From Patescibacteria group bacterium (GTDB lineage Bacteria; Patescibacteriota; Patescibacteriia; 2-01-FULL-39-33), in contig JBAZRV010000002.1 in the NCBI GenBank assembly GCA_041662745.1, positions 21,785-85,784 of the forward strand: a stretch of 64,000 bases of DNA, read 5' to 3'. The stretch's first letter is position 1, and the number at the start of each line of letters is the position of its first letter. The notes under the pieces are model-generated. The model was not told where the DNA came from. It did no database searches and saw nothing but the letters and a program-made list of their open reading frames with translations. Shown here piece by piece: positions 13,113-22,618 of this stretch. The position numbers were made by a program, and so were the translations under genes.

Positions 13113-14117
13113 ATGGCTAAAAAAATCGGTATTGATTTGGGTACGACTAATATTTTGGTTTATGTGCCCAAGAAGGGAGTGGTGATAAATGAGCCCTCAG
13201 TGGTGGCGATTTCCGCCTTGGACCGCAAAGTTATTGCTGTCGGCATTGAAGCCAAAGAAATGTTGGGACGTACGCCGGATACGATTATCGCCCAACGGCC
13301 TTTGCGCGATGGCGTGATCGCCGATTATAAGACTACCGAGGCCATGCTCAGGTATTTTATTAATAAAGCTTTGGGCGGCATTCGCTTGCTTCGTCCGGAG
13401 GTGATGATAGCCGTTCCTGCCGGCATTACTTCCACTGAACGGCGCGCCGTAGTGGACGCGGCTATCGCCGCCGGCGCTAAGGCCGCTTATATTATTAAAG
13501 AGCCGATCGTCGCCGCTATCGGCGCTAACATTCCGATCGGTTCTCCGTCCGGCCATATGATTATTGATATCGGCGGCGGCACTTCCGAAATCGCAGTTAT
13601 TTCTTTAGGCGGCGTGGTAACTTCCACTTCGGTCAGAATCGGCGGTACGCGATTGGATACGGCGATCATTGAATATGTCAGGCGCAAGTATGGCATGGCT
13701 ATAGGCGAACGCACAGCCGAGGAAATCAAGATCAATATCGGTTCGGCCTTATATTTGAAAGAGAAAATGTATATGGATGTGCGCGGTCGCGATATTATTG
13801 CCGGCTTGCCCAAGACCATTCGCATTTCCTCCGATGATACGACTGAGGCCATTCAGAGCGAACTGGAAGGCATTGTGGCGGCTATTAAAGCAGTACTAAG
13901 CGAGACGCCGCCGGAATTGTCGGCCGATGTAACGGTGAATGGCATTACTATGTCAGGCGGTACGAGCTTGCTGCGTAACATTGATAAATTAATCACCCAA
14001 GCAACCGGCATTAAGGCTTATGTAGCCGAAGATGCGCTGTATTGCGTGGCCAAGGGCACGGGCATCGCGTTGGAGAATTTAGACAGCTACAAGAGGAGCA
14101 TCTTGGCGACAAAATAA
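13113..14117 (+). CDS. mreB: Actin-like rod-shape protein MreB paralog (Mbl-like, second copy)
   Basis: IGIDLGTTNILVYV...; full actin-fold ATPase motifs; 334 aa. Confidence 0.8.
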   Translation: MAKKIGIDLGTTNILVYVPKKGVVINEPSVVAISALDRKVIAVGIEAKEMLGRTPDTIIAQRPLRDGVIADYKTTEAMLRYFINKALGGIRLLRPEVMIAVPAGITSTERRAVVDAAIAAGAKAAYIIKEPIVAAIGANIPIGSPSGHMIIDIGGGTSEIAVISLGGVVTSTSVRIGGTRLDTAIIEYVRRKYGMAIGERTAEEIKINIGSALYLKEKMYMDVRGRDIIAGLPKTIRISSDDTTEAIQSELEGIVAAIKAVLSETPPELSADVTVNGITMSGGTSLLRNIDKLITQATGIKAYVAEDALYCVAKGTGIALENLDSYKRSILATK

Positions 14118-14158
14118 GGCGTTAGCAATTAATTAATAGTAATTTTGACAAAATAAAA

Positions 14159-14183
14159 TCCCGCAGCCGGAAGGCTTGCGGGA
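14159..14183 (-). terminator. Hairpin terminator for the minus-strand 14214-14948 operon
   Basis: CCCGCAGCC-GGAA-GGCT(T)GCGGG; T-tract on the minus strand. Confidence 0.5.
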
Positions 14184-14213
14184 CGTAAGGTGCTGAAATG
14201 CTGCCTGCGGAGC

Positions 14214-14444
14214 TCAGCGATAAACTACGATGCGTTTTAGCTGAGTAAATGGCGGGTGATTATTTGTTTCTTGATCGGTTATTAAAGTAATTGCTTCGGA
14301 CTTAACCGCTAAGGCATTGCTCAATAAATCCATTTGTTTTATCGCCCATGCTTCTTGCCCTGGAAGAGTGCAATCGTAGACGACTATCAGTGTCTTGACT
14401 TTAAGCGGTTCAGGTTTTTTGTTCTCGGCTTTATCCTGCTCCAT
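14214..14444 (-). CDS. Hypothetical protein (76 aa)
   Basis: ORF with an upstream RBS-like GGAGGGAG; no recognisable motif. Confidence 0.4.
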   Translation of the reverse strand: MEQDKAENKKPEPLKVKTLIVVYDCTLPGQEAWAIKQMDLLSNALAVKSEAITLITDQETNNHPPFTQLKRIVVYR

Positions 14445-14471
14445 GGCTTGCTCCCTCCTTGTTTGGTAAAA

Positions 14472-14948
14472 TTAATTAGGACTATTGGAAGTTGCTTCAA
14501 TCATGTCGGGTGGGTCGGACGGAATGTCGGGTGGCAGGGGGCCAGGTTTGAGCTCTTTTGAGAGGTCAACCGGTTGATCCAATCGGCAATTAATAGTTTT
14601 GATGGCAGTAACGATTTTCTTAACGGCTTTATCCTTGTCAAGTTCGGGAATGCGGTTGAGAAAGCACCATCGGGCGATTGCCTCTTCCATCCCTATTGTG
14701 CAATCTTTCGAAGGATTAAGCAGTTGGTCAATTTGCATCAGTGTTACCCTCTCCCCCTTGACCAGCTTATCAATCGTAGGGACGTTTGCCGTAAGGTATC
14801 CATTGTTGCTTTTTGTTGGACCAATCACTGAAATGTAAATCAGCAGAAAACATGTCATGCCTATGATCACAATTACAGTGGAAAAACGTAAGACCCAGAA
14901 AAAAACATCTTTCATAAGACTTTTCAGCTCCTTCGTGTAATTTTTCAT
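14472..14948 (-). CDS. Hypothetical membrane-anchored protein with Pro-rich C-terminus
   Basis: N-terminal TM helix; C-terminal PGPLPPDIPSDPPD tail. Confidence 0.45.
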   Translation of the reverse strand: MKNYTKELKSLMKDVFFWVLRFSTVIVIIGMTCFLLIYISVIGPTKSNNGYLTANVPTIDKLVKGERVTLMQIDQLLNPSKDCTIGMEEAIARWCFLNRIPELDKDKAVKKIVTAIKTINCRLDQPVDLSKELKPGPLPPDIPSDPPDMIEATSNSPN

Positions 14949-15137
14949 GGTATTTACCTCCTTTAGCGGTTTGGATTTTTAGCGGTCGGATTAATTTAGA
15001 ATTGATTTATTGTGAAAGGTGCTTGTTTTTATCCTTTTACGATTATATCACATCATAATCTCTTTAAACTTATTTGTCAATATCTTTTTAATTTTGTTCG
15101 CAGTTAATTTATAGTATTTATCTAAATTTACATATTT

Positions 15138-16277
15138 ATGACAATCGGCATTGACGCATCGCGCGCCAATAAAAATGATAAAACCGGCACCGAATGGTAT
15201 AGCTGGCATTTGATTCAGGAATTAAAGAAGATCGTTCCTGTCGATATTAAGGTTGTTTTGTACGCCAATGAGAAGCTTAGCGGGGAATTGGGCGGTTTGC
15301 CTCAGAACTGGCAAATTAGGGTTTTGTCTTGGCCGCCTAAATATTTATGGACGCAATTGCGTTTGTGGTGGGAATTGCAGATCAATCCGCCAGACGTGCT
15401 GTTGGTACCGGCGCATACCATTCCGCTTCTGCCCATTCCGCGTTCAATCAAAGTCGCGGTTAATGTTCATGATGTCGGCTTCAAACGCAGTCCGGAATTA
15501 TACAAGCCGATCCAGGTTTGGTATCACGATCTTACCATGTGGCGCATCAAGGCGCGCGCCGATTTGATCATTACTATCTCCAAGTTTTCTCAAGAAGAGA
15601 TTATTGAGCTTTATGGCGTCCGGCCGGAGAAAATCAAGGTGGTTTATTTGGGGTTTGATGCCGAGCAATTTCATTTGAATAATCAAGAGCGGGAACCGGA
15701 TCAAGCGGCCGTCCTGCAGAAATACAATATCGCTAAGCCTTATTTGTTTTATGTCGGCCGGCTGGAAAAGAAAAAGAATATCGGCAATATCGTTAAAGCT
15801 TTTGCCTTAGCCAAAATGAAGCGGGAAGATCTGAAATTGGTTTTGGCCGGCGCGTCCGGCAATCAGTATGAGGAAATAAAGAATATCATTAGCGCCGATA
15901 AATTGGAAAGCGAAGTGATTTTGACCGGCTACATTGATAATGAGGATCTGCCGACGATTTATGGCAACGCTTCCGTTTTTGTTTTCCCTACTTTGTATGA
16001 GGGGTTCGGTTTGCCGATTTTAGAGGCTATGGCCTCGGGTACGCCGGTTGTTACTTCCGATCAGTCGCCCCATACGGAGGTCGGCGGTTCAGCCGTACTG
16101 TACGCCAGACCGAATTCGGCTGATGATATCGCCGATAAGATAATCAAGCTTTTGATTGATGATAATTTGCGCCAAGAGATGATCGGCCGCGGATTCAATC
16201 GAGCCAAGGAATTTTCCTGGCGCCAAACCGCGACAGAAGTTTATCAAGCGATTAAGAGTTTAGCCAACAATTATTAA
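15138..16277 (+). CDS. Glycosyltransferase family 4 (GT-B)
   Basis: FVFPTLYEGFGLPILEAMASGTPVVTSD EX7E-type motif. Confidence 0.8.
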   Translation: MTIGIDASRANKNDKTGTEWYSWHLIQELKKIVPVDIKVVLYANEKLSGELGGLPQNWQIRVLSWPPKYLWTQLRLWWELQINPPDVLLVPAHTIPLLPIPRSIKVAVNVHDVGFKRSPELYKPIQVWYHDLTMWRIKARADLIITISKFSQEEIIELYGVRPEKIKVVYLGFDAEQFHLNNQEREPDQAAVLQKYNIAKPYLFYVGRLEKKKNIGNIVKAFALAKMKREDLKLVLAGASGNQYEEIKNIISADKLESEVILTGYIDNEDLPTIYGNASVFVFPTLYEGFGLPILEAMASGTPVVTSDQSPHTEVGGSAVLYARPNSADDIADKIIKLLIDDNLRQEMIGRGFNRAKEFSWRQTATEVYQAIKSLANNY

Positions 16278-16299
16278 TTATCAATCCAATTATAAATAT

Positions 16300-17271
16300 A
16301 TGAAACCCATTCTCCTTTCCGGCGTTAAGCCGACCAATCGCGTCCATATCGGTAATTATTTCGGTGCCATGAAACAATTTGTGGATTTGCAGGATGATTA
16401 CCGCAATTATATTTTTATTGCCGACTATCATGCCCTGAATCAACTCAAAGACGCTAAAGAACTCAGTGCTTACAGTTGGGAGCTGATTATCAGTTATTTG
16501 TCCATCGGCCTTGACCCCAAGAAAACCGTATTGTTTAAGCAATCGGATGCGCCTCAAGTGTGCGAGCTGCAATGGATTTTTAATTGTCTTTTGCCCTTGC
16601 CGTATCTGCAACGCGCTCATGCTTACAAGGACGCGGTGGCCAAGAAGCGGGAAGTGAATATGGGTTTGTTCTGTTATCCGGTCCTGATGGCCGCAGATAT
16701 CTTAATGTATGACGCCGACGTGGTGCCGGTGGGTGAGGACCAAAAACAGCATTTGGAAATGGCGATTGATCTGGCTAATAAGTTTAACCATCAGTGGGGC
16801 GAGACGTTTAAGGCGCCTCAGCCCTTGATTATGAAAGAAATGCTGATTATCGGCACGGATGGCGACAAGATGTCCAAGAGCAAGAACAATATTATTGAAT
16901 TATTCGAGCCGGAGGAGTCCCTAAAGAAAAAAGTCATGTCCATTAAGACTGACTCCAAAGGCGTTACTGATAAAAAAGATCCGGAAGCGGACAATGTGTT
17001 TGCTTTTCATAAGCTGTTTTCCCAGCCCAGGCTGGAGGAATTAAGGCAGAGGTATGAGGAGGGCGGCATTGGTTATAAGGAATCCAAAGAGATTTTGCTG
17101 AATAACATTCTGGAATATACGGCGCCGTTTAGAAAGAGGCGAGCGGAGTTATTGAAAGACAAAAATTATGTCCTCGGCATTTTGGAGGATGGCGCTAAGC
17201 GGGCCGACAAAGCGGCGGAAGCCAAGATGGAAAAAGTCAGACGCGCCATTGGCGTCAAATCAACCGGATAA
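16300..17271 (+). CDS. trpS: Tryptophan--tRNA ligase
   Basis: Class I HIGN and KMSKS motifs; 323 aa. Confidence 0.9.
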   Translation: MKPILLSGVKPTNRVHIGNYFGAMKQFVDLQDDYRNYIFIADYHALNQLKDAKELSAYSWELIISYLSIGLDPKKTVLFKQSDAPQVCELQWIFNCLLPLPYLQRAHAYKDAVAKKREVNMGLFCYPVLMAADILMYDADVVPVGEDQKQHLEMAIDLANKFNHQWGETFKAPQPLIMKEMLIIGTDGDKMSKSKNNIIELFEPEESLKKKVMSIKTDSKGVTDKKDPEADNVFAFHKLFSQPRLEELRQRYEEGGIGYKESKEILLNNILEYTAPFRKRRAELLKDKNYVLGILEDGAKRADKAAEAKMEKVRRAIGVKSTG

Positions 17272-17337
17272 CTTTGATTAAGTCAGACGCCGTTGTTTGT
17301 TTATTAGTAGCAATAAAGTGAAAATTGACTGGAATTA

Positions 17338-17346
17338 TGTTATAAT
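17338..17346 (+). promoter_or_regulatory. Extended -10 element (TGtTATAAT) 6 nt upstream of the holB ATG; suggests a leaderless transcript
   Basis: TGTTATAAT-cggctt-ATG; the nearby TTGACT is only 10 nt upstream, so it is not a canonical -35. Confidence 0.35.
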
Positions 17347-17352
17347 CGGCTT

Positions 17353-18387
17353 ATGAATGAAACGAATAAAATTCAGTATTTCTGGGATATTTGCGGCCAG
17401 GAAAAAGTCGTTGATTTTTTGAAGTCGGCCATAAAAAATAATCGTGTCGGTCACGCCTATATCTTCACGGGTCCGGACGCCTTGGGCAAAGAGACCATCG
17501 CCAATCAATTCATTAAATCCTTAATGTGCACCGGAACCGGAGAAACCAAGCCTTGCAATGATTGCGCCGTTTGCCGGCAGATAAATAACAGAACCCATCC
17601 TGATGTTTTTCGCTTAGGCCGGATTCAGGATGAAAAGACCGGCAAATGGAAACGGGATATTATTATTGATCAGATTCGTGAATTGAAATACAAATTGTCG
17701 CAAGGCAGTTTCTTGTCCGGCTGGAAGGCGGCGATAATTTCCGAAGCGGAGTTGCTTAATATAAATTCCGCCAATGCTTTTTTGAAAGTCTTGGAGGAGC
17801 CGACAGCCAAAACCATTATCATTCTGATTGTCAGTGACATTTCTGCTGTTCCCAAAACCATCGCTTCCCGTTGCCAGGTTTTGAGCTTTTTGCCGGTTGC
17901 CCGCAAGGAGATTAAGGATTATCTTCTGTCAAATGAGGTGGCAGAAGAAATTGCTGAAAGATCGGCACGCCTGGCTTTGGGCCGGCCGGGACGGGCTGTG
18001 GCCCTGGCCAATAATCAGGAGCTGTTGAATGAAGAGCAGGAGCAAATCGATTCATTATTAAAAATCTTGCCCCTGCCTTTAGTAGGACGCCTGAAACTAT
18101 TGGATGAAGTGTTTAAGGCGGACAAGGATGAAGCCATCAGTTCAGATCGCGCCCATCGCTTAATGGAGAGTTGGCAGATAACTTTGCGGGATTTGATACT
18201 GCTTAAATTGAACAGTGAATATTATATGTCTAATTTGTCGTCTTTGCCGTTATTGTATGAAATCAGGGATAAGGTTAGCTGGGAAAGGGTTCTGAATGCG
18301 GATCGGTTGATCAGCGAATTGAAAAAAATGTTTAATAATAACATCAGCTCTAAGAATATTTTGGAGAACTTGGTTATTAATTTATAA
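17353..18387 (+). CDS. holB: DNA polymerase III delta' subunit
   Basis: GHAYIFTGPDALGKET Walker-like motif; CNDCAVCRQI zinc module. Confidence 0.8.
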   Translation: MNETNKIQYFWDICGQEKVVDFLKSAIKNNRVGHAYIFTGPDALGKETIANQFIKSLMCTGTGETKPCNDCAVCRQINNRTHPDVFRLGRIQDEKTGKWKRDIIIDQIRELKYKLSQGSFLSGWKAAIISEAELLNINSANAFLKVLEEPTAKTIIILIVSDISAVPKTIASRCQVLSFLPVARKEIKDYLLSNEVAEEIAERSARLALGRPGRAVALANNQELLNEEQEQIDSLLKILPLPLVGRLKLLDEVFKADKDEAISSDRAHRLMESWQITLRDLILLKLNSEYYMSNLSSLPLLYEIRDKVSWERVLNADRLISELKKMFNNNISSKNILENLVINL

Positions 18388-18428
18388 AAATAAAAATCAT
18401 TCAATATTGATTATTAATCATTAAACAT

Positions 18429-19490
18429 ATGCTTGTCAAAAAACTTGTTCCTTTTTTAGCGTTAGCCGTCATTCTGGGCGGTTGCACTATCGGCGCTCCG
18501 CTCAGCACCACCACTAAGGCGGCTGACGGCGGCATCTGGAAATCAGCCGATAGCGGCAAGACCTGGACGCAAACCAATGATGTTTTAACGACTAAGGGCA
18601 AGGTTGCCTCCATTGCCTCGGTTGATATCAGAAAGGTCTCGCTTGATCCTCAAGATGCTACAGCCCTGTATCTGAGTACAGAAAAAAACGGCGTTGTTTA
18701 TTCGCTTGACGGCGGCGCTTCCTGGCAGCAATTTAAAAAGCTGAAATTTGATAAAGTGAGAAAAGTCGTTGTCAGTCCGCAGAATAAATGCGTTTTTTAT
18801 GTTTTATTGGATACTTATGTGTTTAAAACCGATAATTGCGGGCGTGATTTCGTTAATGTTTATTATCATCAAAAAGCCAACGTGGTTTTAACCGATATCA
18901 GTATTGACCCGGCCAATCCCGATATTATGCTGATGGGCACCAGCGCCGGAGAAATTTTGAAAAGCACTAATGCCGGCCAGGCCTGGGTGACTGCCCAGCG
19001 CGTTACTGGCGGCGTAATTAAGGACATTCTGTTTGATCCGCGCGATTCCCGAACGGTTTATGTCGGCACTGACAAAGAAGGGATTTATAAAACCACCAAT
19101 AGCGGCGACTCTTGGCGGTCATTGGGCGAGGGCTTAAAATCATATATCGGCAGCCAGCAGTATCAGCAGTTAATAATTGATAAGGCCACGCCTAACGGTT
19201 TGATTTTCATTTCTAAATTCGGCATGTTGAGAAGCTCCGACGGCGGCAATACCTGGAGTATAGTTGATCTGTTGCCGGCTCAGCGTTCCGCTACGATTTT
19301 GACGGTGGCGGTTAATCCTAAGGCTAGCAATGAGATCTATTATGCGACTGCCGGCGCTTTAGTCAAATCGATTGATGGCGGTAAGACTTGGTCATCGCGC
19401 AAATTGCCGTACAGCCGTTTGACCACGGCCATTGTCGTCAACCCGGATACGCCGGCCACGGTTTATCTGGCGACGGAGCTGGCGCAGTAG
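18429..19490 (+). CDS. Lipoprotein with BNR/Asp-box repeats (Ycf48-like beta-propeller)
   Basis: Lipobox LGGC; six SxDxGxTW repeats (SADSGKTW, SLDGGASW, STNAGQAW, TTNSGDSW, SSDGGNTW, SIDGGKTW). Confidence 0.65.
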   Translation: MLVKKLVPFLALAVILGGCTIGAPLSTTTKAADGGIWKSADSGKTWTQTNDVLTTKGKVASIASVDIRKVSLDPQDATALYLSTEKNGVVYSLDGGASWQQFKKLKFDKVRKVVVSPQNKCVFYVLLDTYVFKTDNCGRDFVNVYYHQKANVVLTDISIDPANPDIMLMGTSAGEILKSTNAGQAWVTAQRVTGGVIKDILFDPRDSRTVYVGTDKEGIYKTTNSGDSWRSLGEGLKSYIGSQQYQQLIIDKATPNGLIFISKFGMLRSSDGGNTWSIVDLLPAQRSATILTVAVNPKASNEIYYATAGALVKSIDGGKTWSSRKLPYSRLTTAIVVNPDTPATVYLATELAQ

Positions 19491-19565
19491 GTAAATTAAT
19501 AATTAATTGGCTTTATGGATATTTTAGTCGTGAACCCCGCGCCATAAGCCCCATAACTATACAAT

Positions 19566-20117
19566 ATGAGCATCATCGATGATCACAAAAATGAATTTAT
19601 AAAAGTCGTAGACCATTTTAAGACGGAATTGGGACAGCTCAAAACCGGCCGAGCCAATCCGGCGATCTTGGACGGCGTCAGGGTGCAGAATTACGGTACG
19701 TTAATGCCCCTCAATCAAGTTGCTTCCGTTAGTATCGGCGACTCCCGATCGCTTTTGATTCAGCCCTGGGACAAAAGCATCGTCAAAGAGATTGAGAAGG
19801 CGATTTTGGAATCAAATTTGAATTTGTCGCCGTCAAACGAGGGTGAAAGAATCAGGATTTCTCTGCCGGTGATGACCGAGGAAACCAGGCGTGATACGGT
19901 CAAATTATTGCATCAGAAGGCGGAGCAGGCCAAGATCGCCATTCGTTTGGAACGCGATCAAGTTAAGGGGAAGATTGAAGCGGCTGAGGAGAATAAGGAA
20001 TTCGGCGAAGATGAGAGATTCCGCCTCTTGGAGGAGCTGGATAAGACGGTGGGAAAGTATAACGAAGAAGTCAAGGGTTTGGTGGAGAAAAAAGAGGAAG
20101 AAATAATGACAGTTTAA
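19566..20117 (+). CDS. frr: Ribosome recycling factor
   Basis: Full-length similarity to Frr (ILDGVRVQNYG..., RRD motifs); 183 aa. Confidence 0.9.
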   Translation: MSIIDDHKNEFIKVVDHFKTELGQLKTGRANPAILDGVRVQNYGTLMPLNQVASVSIGDSRSLLIQPWDKSIVKEIEKAILESNLNLSPSNEGERIRISLPVMTEETRRDTVKLLHQKAEQAKIAIRLERDQVKGKIEAAEENKEFGEDERFRLLEELDKTVGKYNEEVKGLVEKKEEEIMTV

Positions 20118-20222
20118 CTATAAATTCCGAAGCTTATAAAGTCCTTAAAGTAAAAAGTCGTAAGAACTTGTTGGATTATTTTTTCAGCTTTAAAAACTTC
20201 CGACTTCCAATCACATAATTTT

Positions 20223-21380
20223 ATGTTACTAACGATTATCATATTTATTTTAGTTTTATCCTTACTGGTGTTTGTCCATGAGTTGGGGCATTTCTTAACA
20301 GCCCGGGGATTCGGCGTTAAGTGCGAAGAATTCGGCATGGGTTTGCCGCCGCGCGTTATCGGTTGGCAAAAATACCAAGGACGTTGGCGTTTAATCTGGG
20401 GCAATAGGGAAATCGCTCCGGCTGAACCGATGATTTATTCCATAAACTGGATTCCGGTGGGCGGATTTGTCAAAATTAAAGGCGAGAATGGCGAGCAGGC
20501 GAGCGAGGCTGACAGTTTCGGTCATAAGCCGATTTGGCAAAGGAATATTATCCTGGCCGCCGGCGTAACCATGAACTTGATTCTTTGCGTCCTGCTTTTA
20601 TCGCTGGGTTTTGCTATCGGCATGCCCTCGGCGGTGGAAGATAACCAGGGCGGTAAATTTGTTGCTCCGCCGGAAGTGCAAGTTACGGAAATATTGCCGG
20701 ATATGCCGGCTGCCCAAAACGACATTAAACCGGGTGATATCATAGCCAAGGTTAACGGTGTAGAAATAACCTCTTCGCAAGGGCTTAAGGATAATTTTAA
20801 TCAACTAGTCGGCCAAACCGCCAGAATTACAATTGAGCGTGATAATGCGCAATTGGAAAAAGATATTATGATCGCGCAAAAAGACGGCATTATCGGCATC
20901 GGCATTGGCATAATGGATGTCGGCGTAGTGCGTTATCCCTTGCCTTTAGCTTTATGGCAGGGACTCAAGATGACTTGGCAGTGGCTGGTTTTGATTGTTT
21001 TGGCGGTGGCGGGTTTAATTCGGCAACTGTTCGGCGGGCCATCCCTGGGTTTGGATTTTGCCGGTCCGGTCGGCATTGCGGTGATGACCGGACAAGCGGC
21101 CAAAATGGGTTGGATTTATGTGTTGCAATTCGTTGCTTTGCTGTCCTTGAATCTGGCCATTATCAATATTCTGCCATTTCCAGCTTTAGACGGCGGTAGA
21201 ATAATGTTTTTAGCGGTGGAGAAAATCCGCGGTAAAGCGGTCAACAGCAAATGGGAGAATTTGTCACACAATGTCGGTTTTCTGCTGTTAATGTTGCTTA
21301 TCGTAGTCATCACTTATCGTGATATTATCAGATATGGCGCGAAGATTATCAGCGTGTTTAAGCGCAGTGTCGGATTATAG
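20223..21380 (+). CDS. rseP: RIP site-2 zinc metalloprotease
   Basis: HELGHFLTARGFGV HExxH; PDZ segment; C-terminal LDGG motif. Confidence 0.85.
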   Translation: MLLTIIIFILVLSLLVFVHELGHFLTARGFGVKCEEFGMGLPPRVIGWQKYQGRWRLIWGNREIAPAEPMIYSINWIPVGGFVKIKGENGEQASEADSFGHKPIWQRNIILAAGVTMNLILCVLLLSLGFAIGMPSAVEDNQGGKFVAPPEVQVTEILPDMPAAQNDIKPGDIIAKVNGVEITSSQGLKDNFNQLVGQTARITIERDNAQLEKDIMIAQKDGIIGIGIGIMDVGVVRYPLPLALWQGLKMTWQWLVLIVLAVAGLIRQLFGGPSLGLDFAGPVGIAVMTGQAAKMGWIYVLQFVALLSLNLAIINILPFPALDGGRIMFLAVEKIRGKAVNSKWENLSHNVGFLLLMLLIVVITYRDIIRYGAKIISVFKRSVGL

Positions 21381-21390
21381 GAAAATAAAA

Positions 21391-21414
21391 ATCCGACGAG
21401 GCGAGTCGTCGGAT
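21391..21414. terminator. Bidirectional hairpin between rseP and the minus-strand 3-gene operon
   Basis: ATCCGACGA-GGCGAG-TCGTCGGAT; A-run upstream gives a T-tract on the minus strand. Confidence 0.6.
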
Positions 21415-21448
21415 CAATAAAGTTCTGTTGGCGTTACGGTTTGAATCC

Positions 21449-21796
21449 TTACATTATTGACGGTTTGAATCCTTCCATTATTGACAGTAGCCAGTTCACA
21501 TGCGCGGCCCACTCAGTGAAATCTTTCATCGTGATGCCGCGTGGCAGAGAGGTTGATTTCTCAGTAAGAGAAATGTAGTTGCTTAAGTTACCTTTTTGAT
21601 CCGATAGCAGTATATCTTCAATCGCTTTGATGGCTATATATGCCCTGGGTGACAAGGTGTTAGAGGAATTTATCAGTCTTTGTTCATTTTCCAGCTCCTT
21701 TTTTGTCTCTTCACAAGTTACTTGGTATGTTCTCATGGCATGCAAATGGTCCAGAAGCCGCCGGACAATCGTTACTTGATCCATGGTGGTAATCAT
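21449..21796 (-). CDS. Hypothetical protein; paralog of 21866-22165
   Basis: Start at the internal Met (MITTMDQ...) preceded by GAGGAGGAAATC; the ORF track extends to 21841 across the RBS. Confidence 0.5.
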   Translation of the reverse strand: MITTMDQVTIVRRLLDHLHAMRTYQVTCEETKKELENEQRLINSSNTLSPRAYIAIKAIEDILLSDQKGNLSNYISLTEKSTSLPRGITMKDFTEWAAHVNWLLSIMEGFKPSIM

Positions 21797-21865
21797 GATT
21801 TCCTCCTCTTCAGTTGAAGATCTCGTGTTCAATATAGGCAATATAAGCCCGTTCTAGCTAAAACT

Positions 21866-22165
21866 CTAACCAAGGCATGGAAATGGGCCTGACAACAGGG
21901 TGTTATAGACAAATGGTTTGATGAAATCAAACCAACCGATGAATGTCTTGATAGTATGCGTACTGTGGGTTATGAAACATTCGCTGCATAGTACTTCGCC
22001 GGTGTTGCTTCTTCCAATAAGCTCTTCTAAATGAAGGATAATGAGAAAGGCCTCATTTGAATAGCGCTTAGTTTGACCATCCATTATCTCATGGCTGTTA
22101 ATCAACTGCTCTAAGCGATGAACATACCGGCTAATTAATTTGGCCTGATCTATCGAGGTAATCAT
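21866..22165 (-). CDS. Hypothetical protein; paralog of 21449-21796
   Basis: MITSIDQAKLISRY... shares N- and C-terminal patterns with the downstream paralog; same AAGAGGAGGAAA RBS context. Confidence 0.5.
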   Translation of the reverse strand: MITSIDQAKLISRYVHRLEQLINSHEIMDGQTKRYSNEAFLIILHLEELIGRSNTGEVLCSECFITHSTHTIKTFIGWFDFIKPFVYNTLLSGPFPCLG

Positions 22166-22482
22166 GATTTTTCCTCCTCTTGAGTTGAGGTTTTGGGCAT
22201 GGCTGATTCCGCCGCTTTTATAATTTTTCGACTCTCAACGATCAAATGAGTAATCTGCTGAATGGTTGGAGCCTCTGTCGGACAGGTTAATTCGCAAAAA
22301 TAATTGAGATGATTAACGCACGCTTCGGCTAAAATGGAAAGTTTTTTCTCTGATCCGCTACCGCTAATGCCCTCAATTTTTGGCACCCCATGATTATCAA
22401 AAAGCTTACCTCGGCGCTTAAGACTAGTCAATTTTTTCAAAAACCCCTTGGCGATAATGATTTTATCAAAAGTGTCAATCAT
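22162..22482 (-). CDS. Hypothetical protein (106 aa), first gene of the 3-gene operon
   Basis: RBS AAGGAGAT; ATGA overlap with the next gene. Confidence 0.45.
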   Translation of the reverse strand: MIDTFDKIIIAKGFLKKLTSLKRRGKLFDNHGVPKIEGISGSGSEKKLSILAEACVNHLNYFCELTCPTEAPTIQQITHLIVESRKIIKAAESAMPKTSTQEEEKS

Positions 22483-22618
22483 TCATATCTCCTTATGGTT
22501 TTAAAATACTATTTTAAGGTTCATTGCTGATTGACTATGTTATCACGCCTTGTAAAGTTTGTCAAATTCACCTTGTAAATACCATTTATAATTCAGTTAC
22601 TGATTTAATACAATAAAT

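Noticed and set aside
13197-13852. Antisense ORFs within the mreB paralog
   Set aside because: They lie opposite a strongly supported MreB CDS.
17325-17346. TTGACT as the -35 for the holB promoter
   Set aside because: It is only 10 nt from the TATAAT, so it is not canonical. An extended -10 (TGnTATAAT) is the better reading.
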